From: Acidothermaceae bacterium
GTDB taxonomy: Bacteria > Actinomycetota > Actinomycetes > Acidothermales > Acidothermaceae
Assembly (NCBI GenBank): GCA_025934355.1
Contig: JAICYF010000001.1
Coordinates: 1 to 58,501, forward strand
DNA length: 58,501 nucleotides
Direction of reading: 5' to 3'
Numbering within the stretch: the stretch's first letter is position 1; every line of letters begins with the position of its first letter. The notes beneath the pieces are model-generated. The model was not told the DNA's origin, did not search any database, and saw nothing but the letters and a program-made list of their open reading frames with translations. Positions 9,177-18,550 of the stretch are shown here, one piece after another. A program made the translations under genes and the position numbers.

Positions 9177-10106
9177 TCAGTGCGTTAGCGAGTGCGTCCG
9201 CAGCAGCACGATGACCGCGATCAAAACCGCCATGGCGACGGACGACGACAGCTGGGCGGCCAGCCGGTACTTGCGTGGCGGGTAAGCCCAGGCCCCGGCC
9301 AGTGCGGCGCCGGCCACTAGACCGCCGACGTGTCCCTGCCAGCTGATGCCGGAGATGGTGAAGGTCAGCAGAAGGTTGATACCGATCAAGAACGCGATCG
9401 GCCGGATGTCGAAATGCAATCGTCGTCCGAATACGAACAGCGCCCCGAAAAGACCGAAGATCGCGCCCGAAGCCCCAAGCGTCTCGCTGCCCGGAGACGT
9501 CATTAGGTAGACGAGGGCCGACCCGCCTAGTCCAGCCAGGAAGTAGAGCACCAGAAAGCGGACGCGCCCGAGCATCGCCTCGAGCTGCGCCCCCACCACG
9601 TACAAAGCCCACATGTTGAACAGGATGTGGGTGATGCTGGCGTGCAGGAACATCGCCGTGACCAACCGGTAGTACTCGCCGGTCGCGACGCCAATAATCC
9701 TGGCGGGGGCGCCGTGGAAGATCACGTCGCCGCCCGGAATCAGCGCGAAACGGTCGGTGAACGACCCTGACGCCTGCTGGATCAGGTACATCACAACGTT
9801 GATGCCGATTAGCGTGAGCGTGACCGCCGACCGGTTTGGCGAGATCCGGCCGCCCAACGCCGTGCGGGCCACCCGCTGGGTCTTGTTGCCGCCGCGCACG
9901 CACTCGGGGCACTGAAATCCCACCGCCGCCGGAATCATGCAGTCGGGGCAGATCGCGCGATCGCAGCGCACGCATCGGATGTGCGCCTCGCGCTTCGGGT
10001 GCCGATAGCAGGTCGAGACAACACCGGGTTGGCTCGGGCCCACGCCGTCCGCGCCGTTGATCGCGATGTTCTCGGACGGCGGGAAGCCGGCGTCGTCCGC
10101 GCTCAT
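9177..10106 (-). CDS. Rhomboid-family intramembrane serine protease with N-terminal zinc-ribbon
   Basis: The N-terminus has Cys pairs CYRHP...CVRCDRAICPDC...CPEC. Rhomboid motifs are FLHASITHILFNM, GASGAIFG and HVGG. Confidence 0.85.
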   Translation of the reverse strand: MSADDAGFPPSENIAINGADGVGPSQPGVVSTCYRHPKREAHIRCVRCDRAICPDCMIPAAVGFQCPECVRGGNKTQRVARTALGGRISPNRSAVTLTLIGINVVMYLIQQASGSFTDRFALIPGGDVIFHGAPARIIGVATGEYYRLVTAMFLHASITHILFNMWALYVVGAQLEAMLGRVRFLVLYFLAGLGGSALVYLMTSPGSETLGASGAIFGLFGALFVFGRRLHFDIRPIAFLIGINLLLTFTISGISWQGHVGGLVAGAALAGAWAYPPRKYRLAAQLSSSVAMAVLIAVIVLLRTHSLTH

Positions 10107-10127
10107 GATGTTCTTTCGCTTCTGCGA

Positions 10128-10646
10128 CTATCGGCGTTCGACGGTGACCGAGTTGATCACGATGTCCTCTGCCGGGCGGTCATTTGCCCCGGTGGGGGCG
10201 CTGACGATGGCGTCGACGACCTCGGTGCCCGCGGTGACCTCGCCAAAGATGGTGTGCTTGCGGTTCAGCCACGTCGTCGGCGCGACCGTGATGAAGAACT
10301 GCGAACCGTTGGTGTTCGGGCCCGCGTTGGCCATCGCCAGCAAGTAGGGCCGGTCGAAGGACAGGTCGGGGTGGAACTCGTCAGCGAAGTTGTAGCCCGG
10401 ACCACCGCGACCGCTGCCGAGCGGGTCGCCGCCTTGAATCATGAAGTCCGGGATCACCCGGTGGAAGACCGTGCCGTCGTAGAGCGGACCGCTGGTCTTC
10501 CGGCCGGTGCCGGGGTGGGTCCACTCGCGCTCGCCCTGCGCGAGCTCGATGAAGTTGCGCACAGTCTTGGGCGCGTGGTCAGGGAAGAGTCGCAACTCGA
10601 TGTCGCCTTTAGTGGTGTGCAGGGTGGCGTAGGTCTGCTCGGCCAC
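10128..10646 (-). CDS. ppiA: Cyclophilin-type peptidyl-prolyl isomerase
   Basis: GTG at 10646 is preceded by GGGAAGGA. Motifs are [15 protein letters not shown] and GSQFFIT. The longer track ORF (to 10730) is probably an over-extension. Confidence 0.9.
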   Translation of the reverse strand: MAEQTYATLHTTKGDIELRLFPDHAPKTVRNFIELAQGEREWTHPGTGRKTSGPLYDGTVFHRVIPDFMIQGGDPLGSGRGGPGYNFADEFHPDLSFDRPYLLAMANAGPNTNGSQFFITVAPTTWLNRKHTIFGEVTAGTEVVDAIVSAPTGANDRPAEDIVINSVTVERR

Positions 10647-10839
10647 GAACGTCCTTCCCTCGGGCGGGTGGGCGGCGCGATCCGACGGCGCGCCCGGTGT
10701 CTGGCCATCTTTACACGCGACAGCGCTCACCGGTCGTCGTACCGTTGGTGCCGGGGATTACCGGCCCGGCGCGCGGGGCAAGCGCCAGCTAGGCCGGTTA
10801 TGGCACGCGCGGTTTCGACCAACTCATCCGGAGGGACCG

Positions 10840-11676
10840 ATGACCGTCACGACAGAGAAGATCGCCGACGCCGTGGGTGCGGGCGCCGACGCCATCCGGC
10901 ACCAGGCGAAAGGCCGCATCGCCAAGGCGATGGAGCAGGCGGAGAAGGCCCGAGCGCAGGCTGACAAAGCCCGTATGCGCGCCGACAAGGCGCAGGCAAA
11001 GCTCGCCGGCAAGCTCGAAGGCAAGCTCGGCCGCAAGCTGGCCGGCAAGCTGGCCGGCAAGGCGACGATCGACAAAGCCGCCCTCAAAGCGCGGATGGCC
11101 AACCGGATGACGGGAATGACCAAGGACATGGGTAAGAGCGCGGGCAAGGTCGCGATGAAGAGCAGCGCGGCGCGGTCCGCCGCGTCGACGGCCGCGAAAG
11201 CCGCCGCGATGAACCTGCCGGCCGCGTGGATGATGCGCCGGCGGATGCAGCAACGAGCAGCGGAGGCAGCCCGAATGGCGTCGATGGAGGCTTCGAAGCA
11301 GTTGAAGCAGGCCCGCGCGATGATGCAAACCCGCGTCATCCCGACCGTGGTGCCGATGGCGTCGTCCATGATGGACCAGGCCTCGAGCAAACTCGACGAG
11401 TTCATGGTGTCGTCGGCGCCGGCCCGCAAGGAGGCCATGCGGCGCGGGATGCTCGCAGCCGCCGTGCTGCGCGGGTCCGAACCGATTGTGAAGAAGCGCC
11501 GCCGCTGGCCGATCGCGCTGGTGTTTGCCGCCCTTGGCGCGGCCATCGGCGCGGCTGCGGCGTGGCTGTCACAAGCAGGCAAGCCGGTGCAGCTGACGCC
11601 GTACCCGATCCCGGCCGAGGACGGCGACACCACCGTCGACCTCACCTCCGAGGACGCCGCCCGCCACGAGTCCTGA
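10840..11676 (+). CDS. Hypothetical Ala/Lys/Met-rich protein with C-terminal TM helix
   Basis: ATG at 10840 has a strong SD (GGAGGGA). The protein has a KLAGKLEGKLGRKLAGKLAGK periodic segment and the TM helix WPIALVFAALGAAIGAAAAWL. The antisense ORF 10824..11645 is judged a shadow. Confidence 0.55.
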   Translation: MTVTTEKIADAVGAGADAIRHQAKGRIAKAMEQAEKARAQADKARMRADKAQAKLAGKLEGKLGRKLAGKLAGKATIDKAALKARMANRMTGMTKDMGKSAGKVAMKSSAARSAASTAAKAAAMNLPAAWMMRRRMQQRAAEAARMASMEASKQLKQARAMMQTRVIPTVVPMASSMMDQASSKLDEFMVSSAPARKEAMRRGMLAAAVLRGSEPIVKKRRRWPIALVFAALGAAIGAAAAWLSQAGKPVQLTPYPIPAEDGDTTVDLTSEDAARHES

Positions 11677-11702
11677 CCCGCCCTACTGCCGCACTGGGCG
11701 AA

Positions 11703-11778
11703 TGGTGGAGACGAGGGGAATCGAACCCCTAACCCCCGCCTTGCAAAGGCGGTGCTCTGCCAATTGAGCTACGTCCCC
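11703..11778 (-). tRNA. tRNA-Ala (anticodon TGC), CCA encoded
   Basis: It folds as a cloverleaf: acceptor GGGGACG/CGTCTCC with the G3:U70 Ala identity pair, anticodon loop CTTTGCAAG, T arm AGGGG-TTCGATT-CCCCT, and a 3' ACCA. Confidence 0.95.
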
Positions 11779-12436
11779 GAAGGGGAGCAACCATGCCTCT
11801 GACCTGCGGTTTTCCACTTCGGACAGTTCGCCGGAGATCGTGATCGCTCGCGCAAACCCATCTTCCCACACGTTGGCCCACGGGGTTTCTGGGCAGTTTC
11901 TGGGTGACGCTTCCGCTGACAGCGCTCCAACAAGCGCGACTTCCTTCACCGGCGGCTCGCCGCACGCACAATGCAGCACGCCTTGGGCCAAACCCCGAGC
12001 GACGCCGGCCCCCTAGCAATGCGCACCTCATCCGAGGTCGCTTGGCTCGCCCGGGCCTTGACCGGCCCGTCGGCCCTGCGACCGCCCCGCTCGCCGCGGA
12101 CGATTCGCGACCGAAGCGCGCGTAGCCAGGCGTCGGTCCTTGAGGTTCTTGGCCACCGCCCCGATCCATGGGGCTCCAGTCACGCCGATGATCAGGCCGG
12201 TCTCTGTTGCGTCCTCGGGCGAACGCAACGGGTCGGGATCCAAGTTGGCGATATGCCGGGAGCCGCGGCGCGTACGAAATATCGAGAAGGGTTCCACGTC
12301 TCAAATCGTCCCATGCCCCAGTCAGACTGTCACGGCATCGGCACGGCCAAGCGCCCATGCAAACCGAAGATGCGCTCCAGCATGAACTCGGCTTCGCTCG
12401 GAAAGATCGCGATACCCCGGTCGGTCACCGCTTGAC

Positions 12437-14023
12437 CTACTGGCGCAACTCAATCGCCACGATGCCGTCGTTCTTGATCACGCGCTCGGAATCCGGCAGT
12501 AGATTGCTCGCCCATCGAGTCTTCCACGCCAGCGGAGCCCCTAGGGTGTCCCGCGTGAGATCGAGAATGATCCAGCGAGCGCGCGGAATGTTTCCGTAGG
12601 CCTGATGAACGGCGTACACCTCCGTCCGCGAGACCAGCCACGGTGCAATGTCGTTATCGGCACGTACGACAGCACCAGTCGGAATCAGCTTCGCGACTTT
12701 CCACGCCGCGCTCATGCTGGCAGACCGCCGATAGCTATGTGCGGAAAGAATTTTGGAGAACGGGTAATGGCCCGCTGTAGTCTGAAGTAGCCCGATTGTG
12801 AGACACGCAGCACCAAAGACCGCGGGCCTAAGAGCTGCGTCAACGATTCGCTGCTTCCTAAGAATCCGCCTCGCGAGACGCACAAGGCGTGGATATCCAT
12901 CAATGGCGGCAAAGAAGATTACCGGCATCAGGATAGCGTCGTAATGATAATGCGTACTCCAGTAGTCCTGATTTGACGCGACGAAACGCCATCCCATAGT
13001 TGGCACGGCTAAGGCGATTACCGGCGATAGGAGCGCGACGAATCCAACGCACGTCACTGCGATTACGATGAAGGATGTGCGCATCCATATGTCCGGAGTT
13101 GTCCAGGGTTGGAGAACAGTATCGACGCTCAAACCTCGACCGCCGGACAGTCCGTTCAGCGATCGGTAATGATCGTCGGCCGTGAAAGAAGGCACGATAA
13201 AAGCTGTGGCAGCTATAAACCACCCACCACCCCAGAGCATGACCGCAAAACCCAGGCGTTTTCGACAAGAGGCGATGATGACTCCTGCGACGAAAGCAGT
13301 TAGGCCCAAGTCTTCCTTCACGAACACCAGCAACGCAAATAGGACGCTCGCATACCTGAACCGGCGGCGCTGTAGATATTCAAGGGCGTACGCCGCGATT
13401 GGCACTGCGAACGCGACTTCGTGAAAGTCAAATGCGACCGCGGACTGAAGGCCATACGAGATCCCGTAGGCTAGCTCGATAAACGCGCCAGCAGCTACGC
13501 CAAACTTCTGCGTAGCGAATCGACCAACCGGTACAGCGGAGAGGGCGATCAGCGCCGCTTGCGCGACCAGTAAGGTGACCGGACTTGGAAAGAGCCGGTA
13601 GACCGGGGCCAAGACGATGAGAACTGGGCTGAAATGGTCGCCCCAGGCGTTCATACCTTGCTTCAGCTCGATCGTCGGCGCCTGTCCCGACGCGTAATGT
13701 CTAACGATCTGCGTGAAGATGCCCAGGTCATACCCTGCCGAGCGACCGGTGGCATATCGGGAGAGCTCGACTGTCAGGTAGAGCGCGAATACCGCCACCC
13801 CGAGCGCAGCGGGCAAGGCAAGAGCTGCCCCAGAACGGGATGGCGAGGCAGGACGTGGACCCACCGCGTCTAAGCTCGCGCAGACCATCGTCCCCGTCCT
13901 CAACCTCTTGCCGACCGCGCCCAGATCGACGAAGTCTAGCCGGAATCTGGCGCCGCGCTCGATGCCCAGTTCGCGCGATGTGACGTTGCCGCGACCGCCG
14001 GCTGTGCGAGGTGCAAACCGCAA
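12437..14023 (-). CDS. Polytopic membrane protein, DUF2079-like (GT-C-like fold suspected)
   Basis: More than 10 predicted TM helices. The N-terminal region reads YDLGIFTQIVRHYASGQAPT...WGDHFSPVLIVLAPVY, as in DUF2079 proteins. An alternative start is ATG 13888. Confidence 0.65.
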   Translation of the reverse strand: MRFAPRTAGGRGNVTSRELGIERGARFRLDFVDLGAVGKRLRTGTMVCASLDAVGPRPASPSRSGAALALPAALGVAVFALYLTVELSRYATGRSAGYDLGIFTQIVRHYASGQAPTIELKQGMNAWGDHFSPVLIVLAPVYRLFPSPVTLLVAQAALIALSAVPVGRFATQKFGVAAGAFIELAYGISYGLQSAVAFDFHEVAFAVPIAAYALEYLQRRRFRYASVLFALLVFVKEDLGLTAFVAGVIIASCRKRLGFAVMLWGGGWFIAATAFIVPSFTADDHYRSLNGLSGGRGLSVDTVLQPWTTPDIWMRTSFIVIAVTCVGFVALLSPVIALAVPTMGWRFVASNQDYWSTHYHYDAILMPVIFFAAIDGYPRLVRLARRILRKQRIVDAALRPAVFGAACLTIGLLQTTAGHYPFSKILSAHSYRRSASMSAAWKVAKLIPTGAVVRADNDIAPWLVSRTEVYAVHQAYGNIPRARWIILDLTRDTLGAPLAWKTRWASNLLPDSERVIKNDGIVAIELRQ

Positions 14024-14186
14024 ACCTTACATCGGACCTGCGGCAGTTTGACGGACCTGACTAAGTGAGACCATTCGCCGCGTCAGTAGCCCAAGGCCAG
14101 GGTATTCTTCAGCTGCGCCTTGTGTTGCGGGAATCCACCGGAGATCTGTCGGTCAGATCGAGCGGCGTGGCTGGCTTCTCCCGTTC

Positions 14187-14777
14187 CTAGATTCGTCGGC
14201 GTCTGACAGCCATACGTCCAGCCAGCGGAGCTCGCTGACCCAGGAATACGCCGGCGCCTAGCCCAACGGCGAGAATAGAAGCCAGGAGCGAAGCCGTCGA
14301 ACTGCGCGGCTGTAAGAGAACCGCCCATGCGCTGACCGACTGATCAATGTGAGTACCCATAAGCCACATTGAAATGGGCAGGAAGCATAACGGTATCCAT
14401 GCAAGCGAGGCGGAGACAAGTCCTGTGGCGGCTAACGCGATGCCGTACATGGTCATCCAGTTGCGTGCGACGATTACAAGGTCGAATGAAGCACCGGCGG
14501 CGCAGCCAGCAAAGCTAAGAGCGGCCCACAAAAGCATTATGTAGACACGGCGGCGATGCCGGTGCGTGGCCGTCCGTTCTAGATCATCAAACGCTCGTGA
14601 TAGTGCGGCCGGCACGCCTAGTACGGCAACAGTGGGGGCGATCGGCCACACGACCGATTTGACACCAGCCTGACCTGGAACGGCCAACGCATCGCTAGGA
14701 ACGAGTAGCAGCAAGAGTGTCGCGAGTCCCGCGCAGGAGAGCATGATGCTTAGGCCCCACGCGCGCGCCGTCTTCAT
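14187..14777 (-). CDS. Hypothetical polytopic membrane protein
   Basis: ATG at 14777 overlaps the upstream stop (ATGA). About 5-6 hydrophobic helices. No recognisable motif. Confidence 0.55.
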   Translation of the reverse strand: MKTARAWGLSIMLSCAGLATLLLLLVPSDALAVPGQAGVKSVVWPIAPTVAVLGVPAALSRAFDDLERTATHRHRRRVYIMLLWAALSFAGCAAGASFDLVIVARNWMTMYGIALAATGLVSASLAWIPLCFLPISMWLMGTHIDQSVSAWAVLLQPRSSTASLLASILAVGLGAGVFLGQRAPLAGRMAVRRRRI

Positions 14778-15991
14778 GGCGCGGCGGGTGCGCCGCACTT
14801 GGTCAAATAGTTGACTGCCTGACGCAGGAACGCGCTTTGGGTCGGGCGATCTCCCTCGGTAAACGACCGAGGTATCGTCGGGTCGTCGATGTGCTGCCCG
14901 TCCACGACGCTCAGAAGCCACCACTCCAGCGCGGAATAGGACTCGTTGGCGCGCTGATCATGAAATATGTCGCACGTGTCTCGTACGTACGCTGCGGCAA
15001 TCACCTCGCTGGTCTGTGGATTGTCACCGCTCAGCACCTGCAATGGCAATGGTGCAACCGTCATCTCGCCCCCGCGGGCGCTCTGGTCGAATCGCGTTGG
15101 AACAGGTGAGACGTCAGCCTGCCTCAGCGCGACGAGGTAATGAGTCAAGCGCGCGCGGAGATGTCCCAAATTGCGAGCGTAACCGGGGCCGACGCAGATT
15201 TGAGGGTCGACTCCTACGCATGTCACGCGATCCCTGACAGGCGTCAGCATCTTCGGGCCTGCACCAATCACGCCGGATGCCGCCAGCAGGACGAGCATAG
15301 ATGACGCCGCCAGAAACGAGTTGGACCGCATGTCGGCCTTGAGTGACCGGACACATGCACAGATAACCAGCATCACAACACCTGCGAAGAAGCCTACTTG
15401 TGCCGTTACCATCGATAGGCTGGGCGTGAGACCGACGAGCGAGCTGGTTGCGCCGCCGACAGTAACAAACTGCGCGGGGCCGTTGGAATAGAGAAAGATG
15501 ATTACCGCGAAGCAGCCGGCGGCGGCGAGCGGTGCAACGAGCACATGGCGGAATGCCCATCCAGCGAGGAGCCCCAGCGCGGTTTCTGCCGCCATTATGA
15601 AGACTGGCGGGAATATCGCGGGCAACACACGCAAGGCGGGCATCCCTGGCGTGCCGCTCGCCGACACTGCGATCACAGCGGCAGCAAGTGTCGCTAGATA
15701 GGCCAACGACACCCACGTGGCCAGAGCAGACCATCGCATCAGAAAGGCGCCGAAGGGCCGTATTGCCGTTGAGAGCGTGTCCCGCTCAGCGCGGAGGCGG
15801 CGACCCTCCCACGCCGCGACCCCGGCGACGATCGGTCCCAACAAAACAGTGGTGAAGCCATGCTGGTACACCGCCCAGGTCCATTCGTGCACCCATTGGT
15901 GGCTGCGAAAGACAAGCTGTGCGAAGAGGACCGCCACAAACACCGGAAACGCGGTTCGGCCGACTGAACGCCGGAGCGTGATGCTGAACAT
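14774..15991 (-). CDS. Hypothetical membrane protein (possible ABC-2-type permease) with C-terminal soluble domain
   Basis: ATG at 15991 lies 1 nt after the ABC ATPase stop. There are about 6 TM helices, then a soluble C-terminal region of about 170 aa containing Cys. The track start at 16147 lies inside the ATPase gene. Confidence 0.6.
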   Translation of the reverse strand: MFSITLRRSVGRTAFPVFVAVLFAQLVFRSHQWVHEWTWAVYQHGFTTVLLGPIVAGVAAWEGRRLRAERDTLSTAIRPFGAFLMRWSALATWVSLAYLATLAAAVIAVSASGTPGMPALRVLPAIFPPVFIMAAETALGLLAGWAFRHVLVAPLAAAGCFAVIIFLYSNGPAQFVTVGGATSSLVGLTPSLSMVTAQVGFFAGVVMLVICACVRSLKADMRSNSFLAASSMLVLLAASGVIGAGPKMLTPVRDRVTCVGVDPQICVGPGYARNLGHLRARLTHYLVALRQADVSPVPTRFDQSARGGEMTVAPLPLQVLSGDNPQTSEVIAAAYVRDTCDIFHDQRANESYSALEWWLLSVVDGQHIDDPTIPRSFTEGDRPTQSAFLRQAVNYLTKCGAPAAP

Positions 15992-15992
15992 C

Positions 15993-16763
15993 CTAGAGCG
16001 CTCCAAGGAAGTTCGCCGCCAAGTGAAGGCCCGAAGTACCGGCGAACGTCTCTCGGCCCACCCGCTCAAGCTCGTGCGGCGTCCCGAAAAATCTGACACC
16101 GTTGTCGCGTAAGCAGATGACATGGTCAGCCATCGCCACGTCCTCAAGCAGGTGTGTGCTAAACACCGTAAGACGATCGGTGCACAGGGTGCGCAGCCCT
16201 TCCCTTAGCGCTTGGGAGTGTTCCGGATCTAGTCCCGCTGTGGGCTCATCGAGCAGCAACACCGTCGGCTGCGAGACTAAAGCTTGCGCCACATACGCCC
16301 GGCGTTGCGTGCCCCCCGACAACGTACCTATCTTCTTGGTCGCGGTCGCTCGAAGGTCCAATAGAGACAGCACTTGTTTAACGTGGTGATCGAGCTCGCG
16401 CCGAGACTTTCCCTTCAGCCATCCAGCATATCTGCAGGCCTCCTCTACCGCGAAGTGCCGCAGCGCCGTTGGCTCCTGCGGGAGATAGGAGAGGTGCATC
16501 CTGGCGCTATCTGCGCCCCGACGCGTCGAGATATCCAGCCCGTTGATGGAGATTTTGCCACTCGCTACAGGCAATAGCGTCGCGATAGATCGGAGGAGCG
16601 TCGACTTACCTGACCCATTCGGGCCCACCAGGGCCACTAGGCCGCGGTACAAGCTTAGGTTCACGTTTTCCAGGATCGCGCGCTGACCCCGCCGAAGGCT
16701 CACCCCTTCCAAGTGGAGCGGGACGGGGCCAGCGCACGAATCCTGTGACGGCATATTGACCAC
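15993..16763 (-). CDS. ABC transporter ATP-binding protein
   Basis: Walker A is GPNGSGKST, the signature is LSGGTQRR, and Walker B is LLLDEPTAGLD. The start is either GTG 16763 or ATG 16754. Confidence 0.9.
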   Translation of the reverse strand: MVNMPSQDSCAGPVPLHLEGVSLRRGQRAILENVNLSLYRGLVALVGPNGSGKSTLLRSIATLLPVASGKISINGLDISTRRGADSARMHLSYLPQEPTALRHFAVEEACRYAGWLKGKSRRELDHHVKQVLSLLDLRATATKKIGTLSGGTQRRAYVAQALVSQPTVLLLDEPTAGLDPEHSQALREGLRTLCTDRLTVFSTHLLEDVAMADHVICLRDNGVRFFGTPHELERVGRETFAGTSGLHLAANFLGAL

Positions 16764-17254
16764 TAGTAGGAGAGCGTCGTGATTGCGTTTGCGGAACAGT
16801 GATCCGGGACGGGCCAGCCGAGCTGTACGCAGTCGGTGATCGACCCACGCGCCTGAGAAGACTGAACCTTCAGACTGTCACTCAGGTACAACGTCCAGGT
16901 CGGCCCGACACCAGAGAACTCACCGGTGCTCTTCTTCGTGTCGTACCACCAGCAGGTCAGGGTATTACCGGATCCATCGGTTCCGCACGAGGTGTTTTGA
17001 CCATAGAAGTAAAAGGACGTGTTCGAGTAGACGTTGTTGCCGTCATTCATCAGGTCTTTCAACTGTACCTTGTTCGTCACCTGCGTGCCTGTCGCTATGT
17101 AGAAGAATCCGAGCGCGGACGAACGCGCTTGGCCATTGTAAGACGCTGTGAGCGGACCCCAGTCCACGCCTTGCGCATACGCGACACCGCCGGCAAGACC
17201 CGTCGCGATAAAGGCCAGCAATGACGCGGCACCGACTTTCAGACTCCTTCGCAT
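16763..17254 (-). CDS. Secreted 4-Cys protein of unknown function
   Basis: ATG at 17254 lies 9 nt after GGAGG. The signal peptide is MRRSLKVGAASLLAFIATGLAGGVAYA/QG. The mature protein is about 134 aa, beta-rich (Tyr/Thr/Ser/Gly) and has 4 Cys. No family was recognised. Confidence 0.7.
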   Translation of the reverse strand: MRRSLKVGAASLLAFIATGLAGGVAYAQGVDWGPLTASYNGQARSSALGFFYIATGTQVTNKVQLKDLMNDGNNVYSNTSFYFYGQNTSCGTDGSGNTLTCWWYDTKKSTGEFSGVGPTWTLYLSDSLKVQSSQARGSITDCVQLGWPVPDHCSANAITTLSY

Positions 17255-17365
17255 ACTCGTAAGCCTCCGTTGCATCGGTCGTGCCTCGGGACCATCCCGC
17301 GGTTGCGCCGCAGTTTTACATAGCGAAAAGAGATTTCGCCAGAGCGGTGTGGCTAGTGCGGTCCG

Positions 17366-17392
17366 GCGGCGCGTCTCGTAGAAACGCGCCGC
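17366..17392. terminator. Stem-loop between regulator gene and secreted-protein gene
   Basis: GCGGCGCGT-ctcgtagaa-ACGCGCCGC, a 9-bp stem. It lies about 150 nt downstream of the regulator stop. Confidence 0.4.
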
Positions 17393-17539
17393 GACTGAAT
17401 CTCAGGCTGGCAATAAATGGCGATGAGGTCGCATGAGCATCTGCAGTCGGGCACCCCGTGAACGGTTGTTGCTCTCGACACACAAAGGACGCTCGGATAG
17501 CAGTCCAATACGCAAGCCGAGAACGCGCGCTTGAGTGGG

Positions 17540-18550
17540 CTAGCTGTCTCGGGTATCCGACTCAACTCGTTCAGCAAAGCCCAACCACCAGGCCGAGCAC
17601 GCCCGGGCGAGATTCGCGACAACGTCGCTTTGGTGCCGCGGCATGGCCACGATCACGTCTTCCGACTGGGATGCGGCCAGGCTTGTGATGCTGAATGCTC
17701 TCAACAGTGTTCGCCCGGCGTTACGCAGGTGAATCGAGGGGTCCTTTTGCAATACGGCCAAAAGATTTGCCGCCGCGTTGCCAAGGTGAGAGTTTCCGCT
17801 GAGTTCGAGATCACCCGTTGGTTGCGCGCAGGGTCTAGCGGAAGGTGACCTTGTGGCAAGGCTGACACGACGGCCGGGGGTCGTTCGTCCGAGCCCGCTG
17901 GCTGGTTCTGACGGAACGGCGCGTACTCGGCCGTCCCTCCCAAGGCGTGAGTTGAGGTGAGGAATTTCCTCACTCGAGCGCCGGACTGCACCCACGGTTT
18001 TCGGTGACAACCCGGTGAGAGCCGCGACTTTTCGGTCGGACCATTCTGGTGTGGCGGACATGATGCGCGCGGCCGCGGTGCGACGGTCAGCGAGCGTGAG
18101 AGGAAGCCCATGCGCGACGTTGAGCTGCACTGCGAGCGCGAATGCCTCATCGTCGCTACCGTCGTAGTAGACCACTTCGATGTCGGCTCGACACTGGAGC
18201 TGCGCGGCACGCAATCGATGCATTCCATCGATAACGCGCATCGTCGCCCGGTGGACGAGGATCGGCGGCAGCGGCCCGTCGACCTCGGCCAACCGTCGCA
18301 CGTGCTCTCGGTCCTCACCGCGAGATCGTGGCGAAAGGCCGCCGGCGAGTTCCGCAAGCGGAACGCGCGTCACGGCGATGCCCCCCGCGAGCGACCCGGA
18401 GCGTTGCACTATTGGCAGCGTGGCCAGCATCGCGATGGTGTGATGCTGAGATCCGCGACGCAAGGCACCCACGGAAGCGGTTGAAGCGCCCTTCCTGGTG
18501 AGCGCCGTCGCGAGATCCGCGTCGTTGACATGCTCAGTCCGATCGTCCAT
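17540..18550 (-). CDS. StrR-family transcriptional regulator (ParB-like N-terminal domain plus HTH)
   Basis: The segment LSPRSRGEDREHVRRLAEVDGPLPPILVHRATMRVIDGMHRLRAA...AFALAVQLNVAHGLPLTLADRRTAAARI...WSDRKVAALTGLSPKTVGAVRR matches, from memory, the conserved core of StrR/NovG/Bbr-type regulators. Confidence 0.7.
   Translation of the reverse strand: MDDRTEHVNDADLATALTRKGASTASVGALRRGSQHHTIAMLATLPIVQRSGSLAGGIAVTRVPLAELAGGLSPRSRGEDREHVRRLAEVDGPLPPILVHRATMRVIDGMHRLRAAQLQCRADIEVVYYDGSDDEAFALAVQLNVAHGLPLTLADRRTAAARIMSATPEWSDRKVAALTGLSPKTVGAVRRSSEEIPHLNSRLGRDGRVRAVPSEPASGLGRTTPGRRVSLATRSPSARPCAQPTGDLELSGNSHLGNAAANLLAVLQKDPSIHLRNAGRTLLRAFSITSLAASQSEDVIVAMPRHQSDVVANLARACSAWWLGFAERVESDTRDS

Noticed and set aside
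11683-11991. ORFs 11683..11991 and 21939..22301 (minus), which share the peptide FGDVAQLAEHRLCKAG.
   Set aside because: The shared peptide is simply the translated tRNA-Ala sequence or fragment. These are artefacts of the tRNA and the direct repeat, not paralogous genes.
11785-12436. Short ORF fragments at the left end of the island. One is a 32-aa ORF at 12330..12428 (VTDRGIAIFPSEAEFMLERIFGLHGRLAVPMP). Another is 12028..12297 (containing TGLIIGVTGAPWIGAVAKNL).
   Set aside because: They look like remnants of decayed genes, but I could recognise no family, start signal or motif. There is not enough to call a feature.
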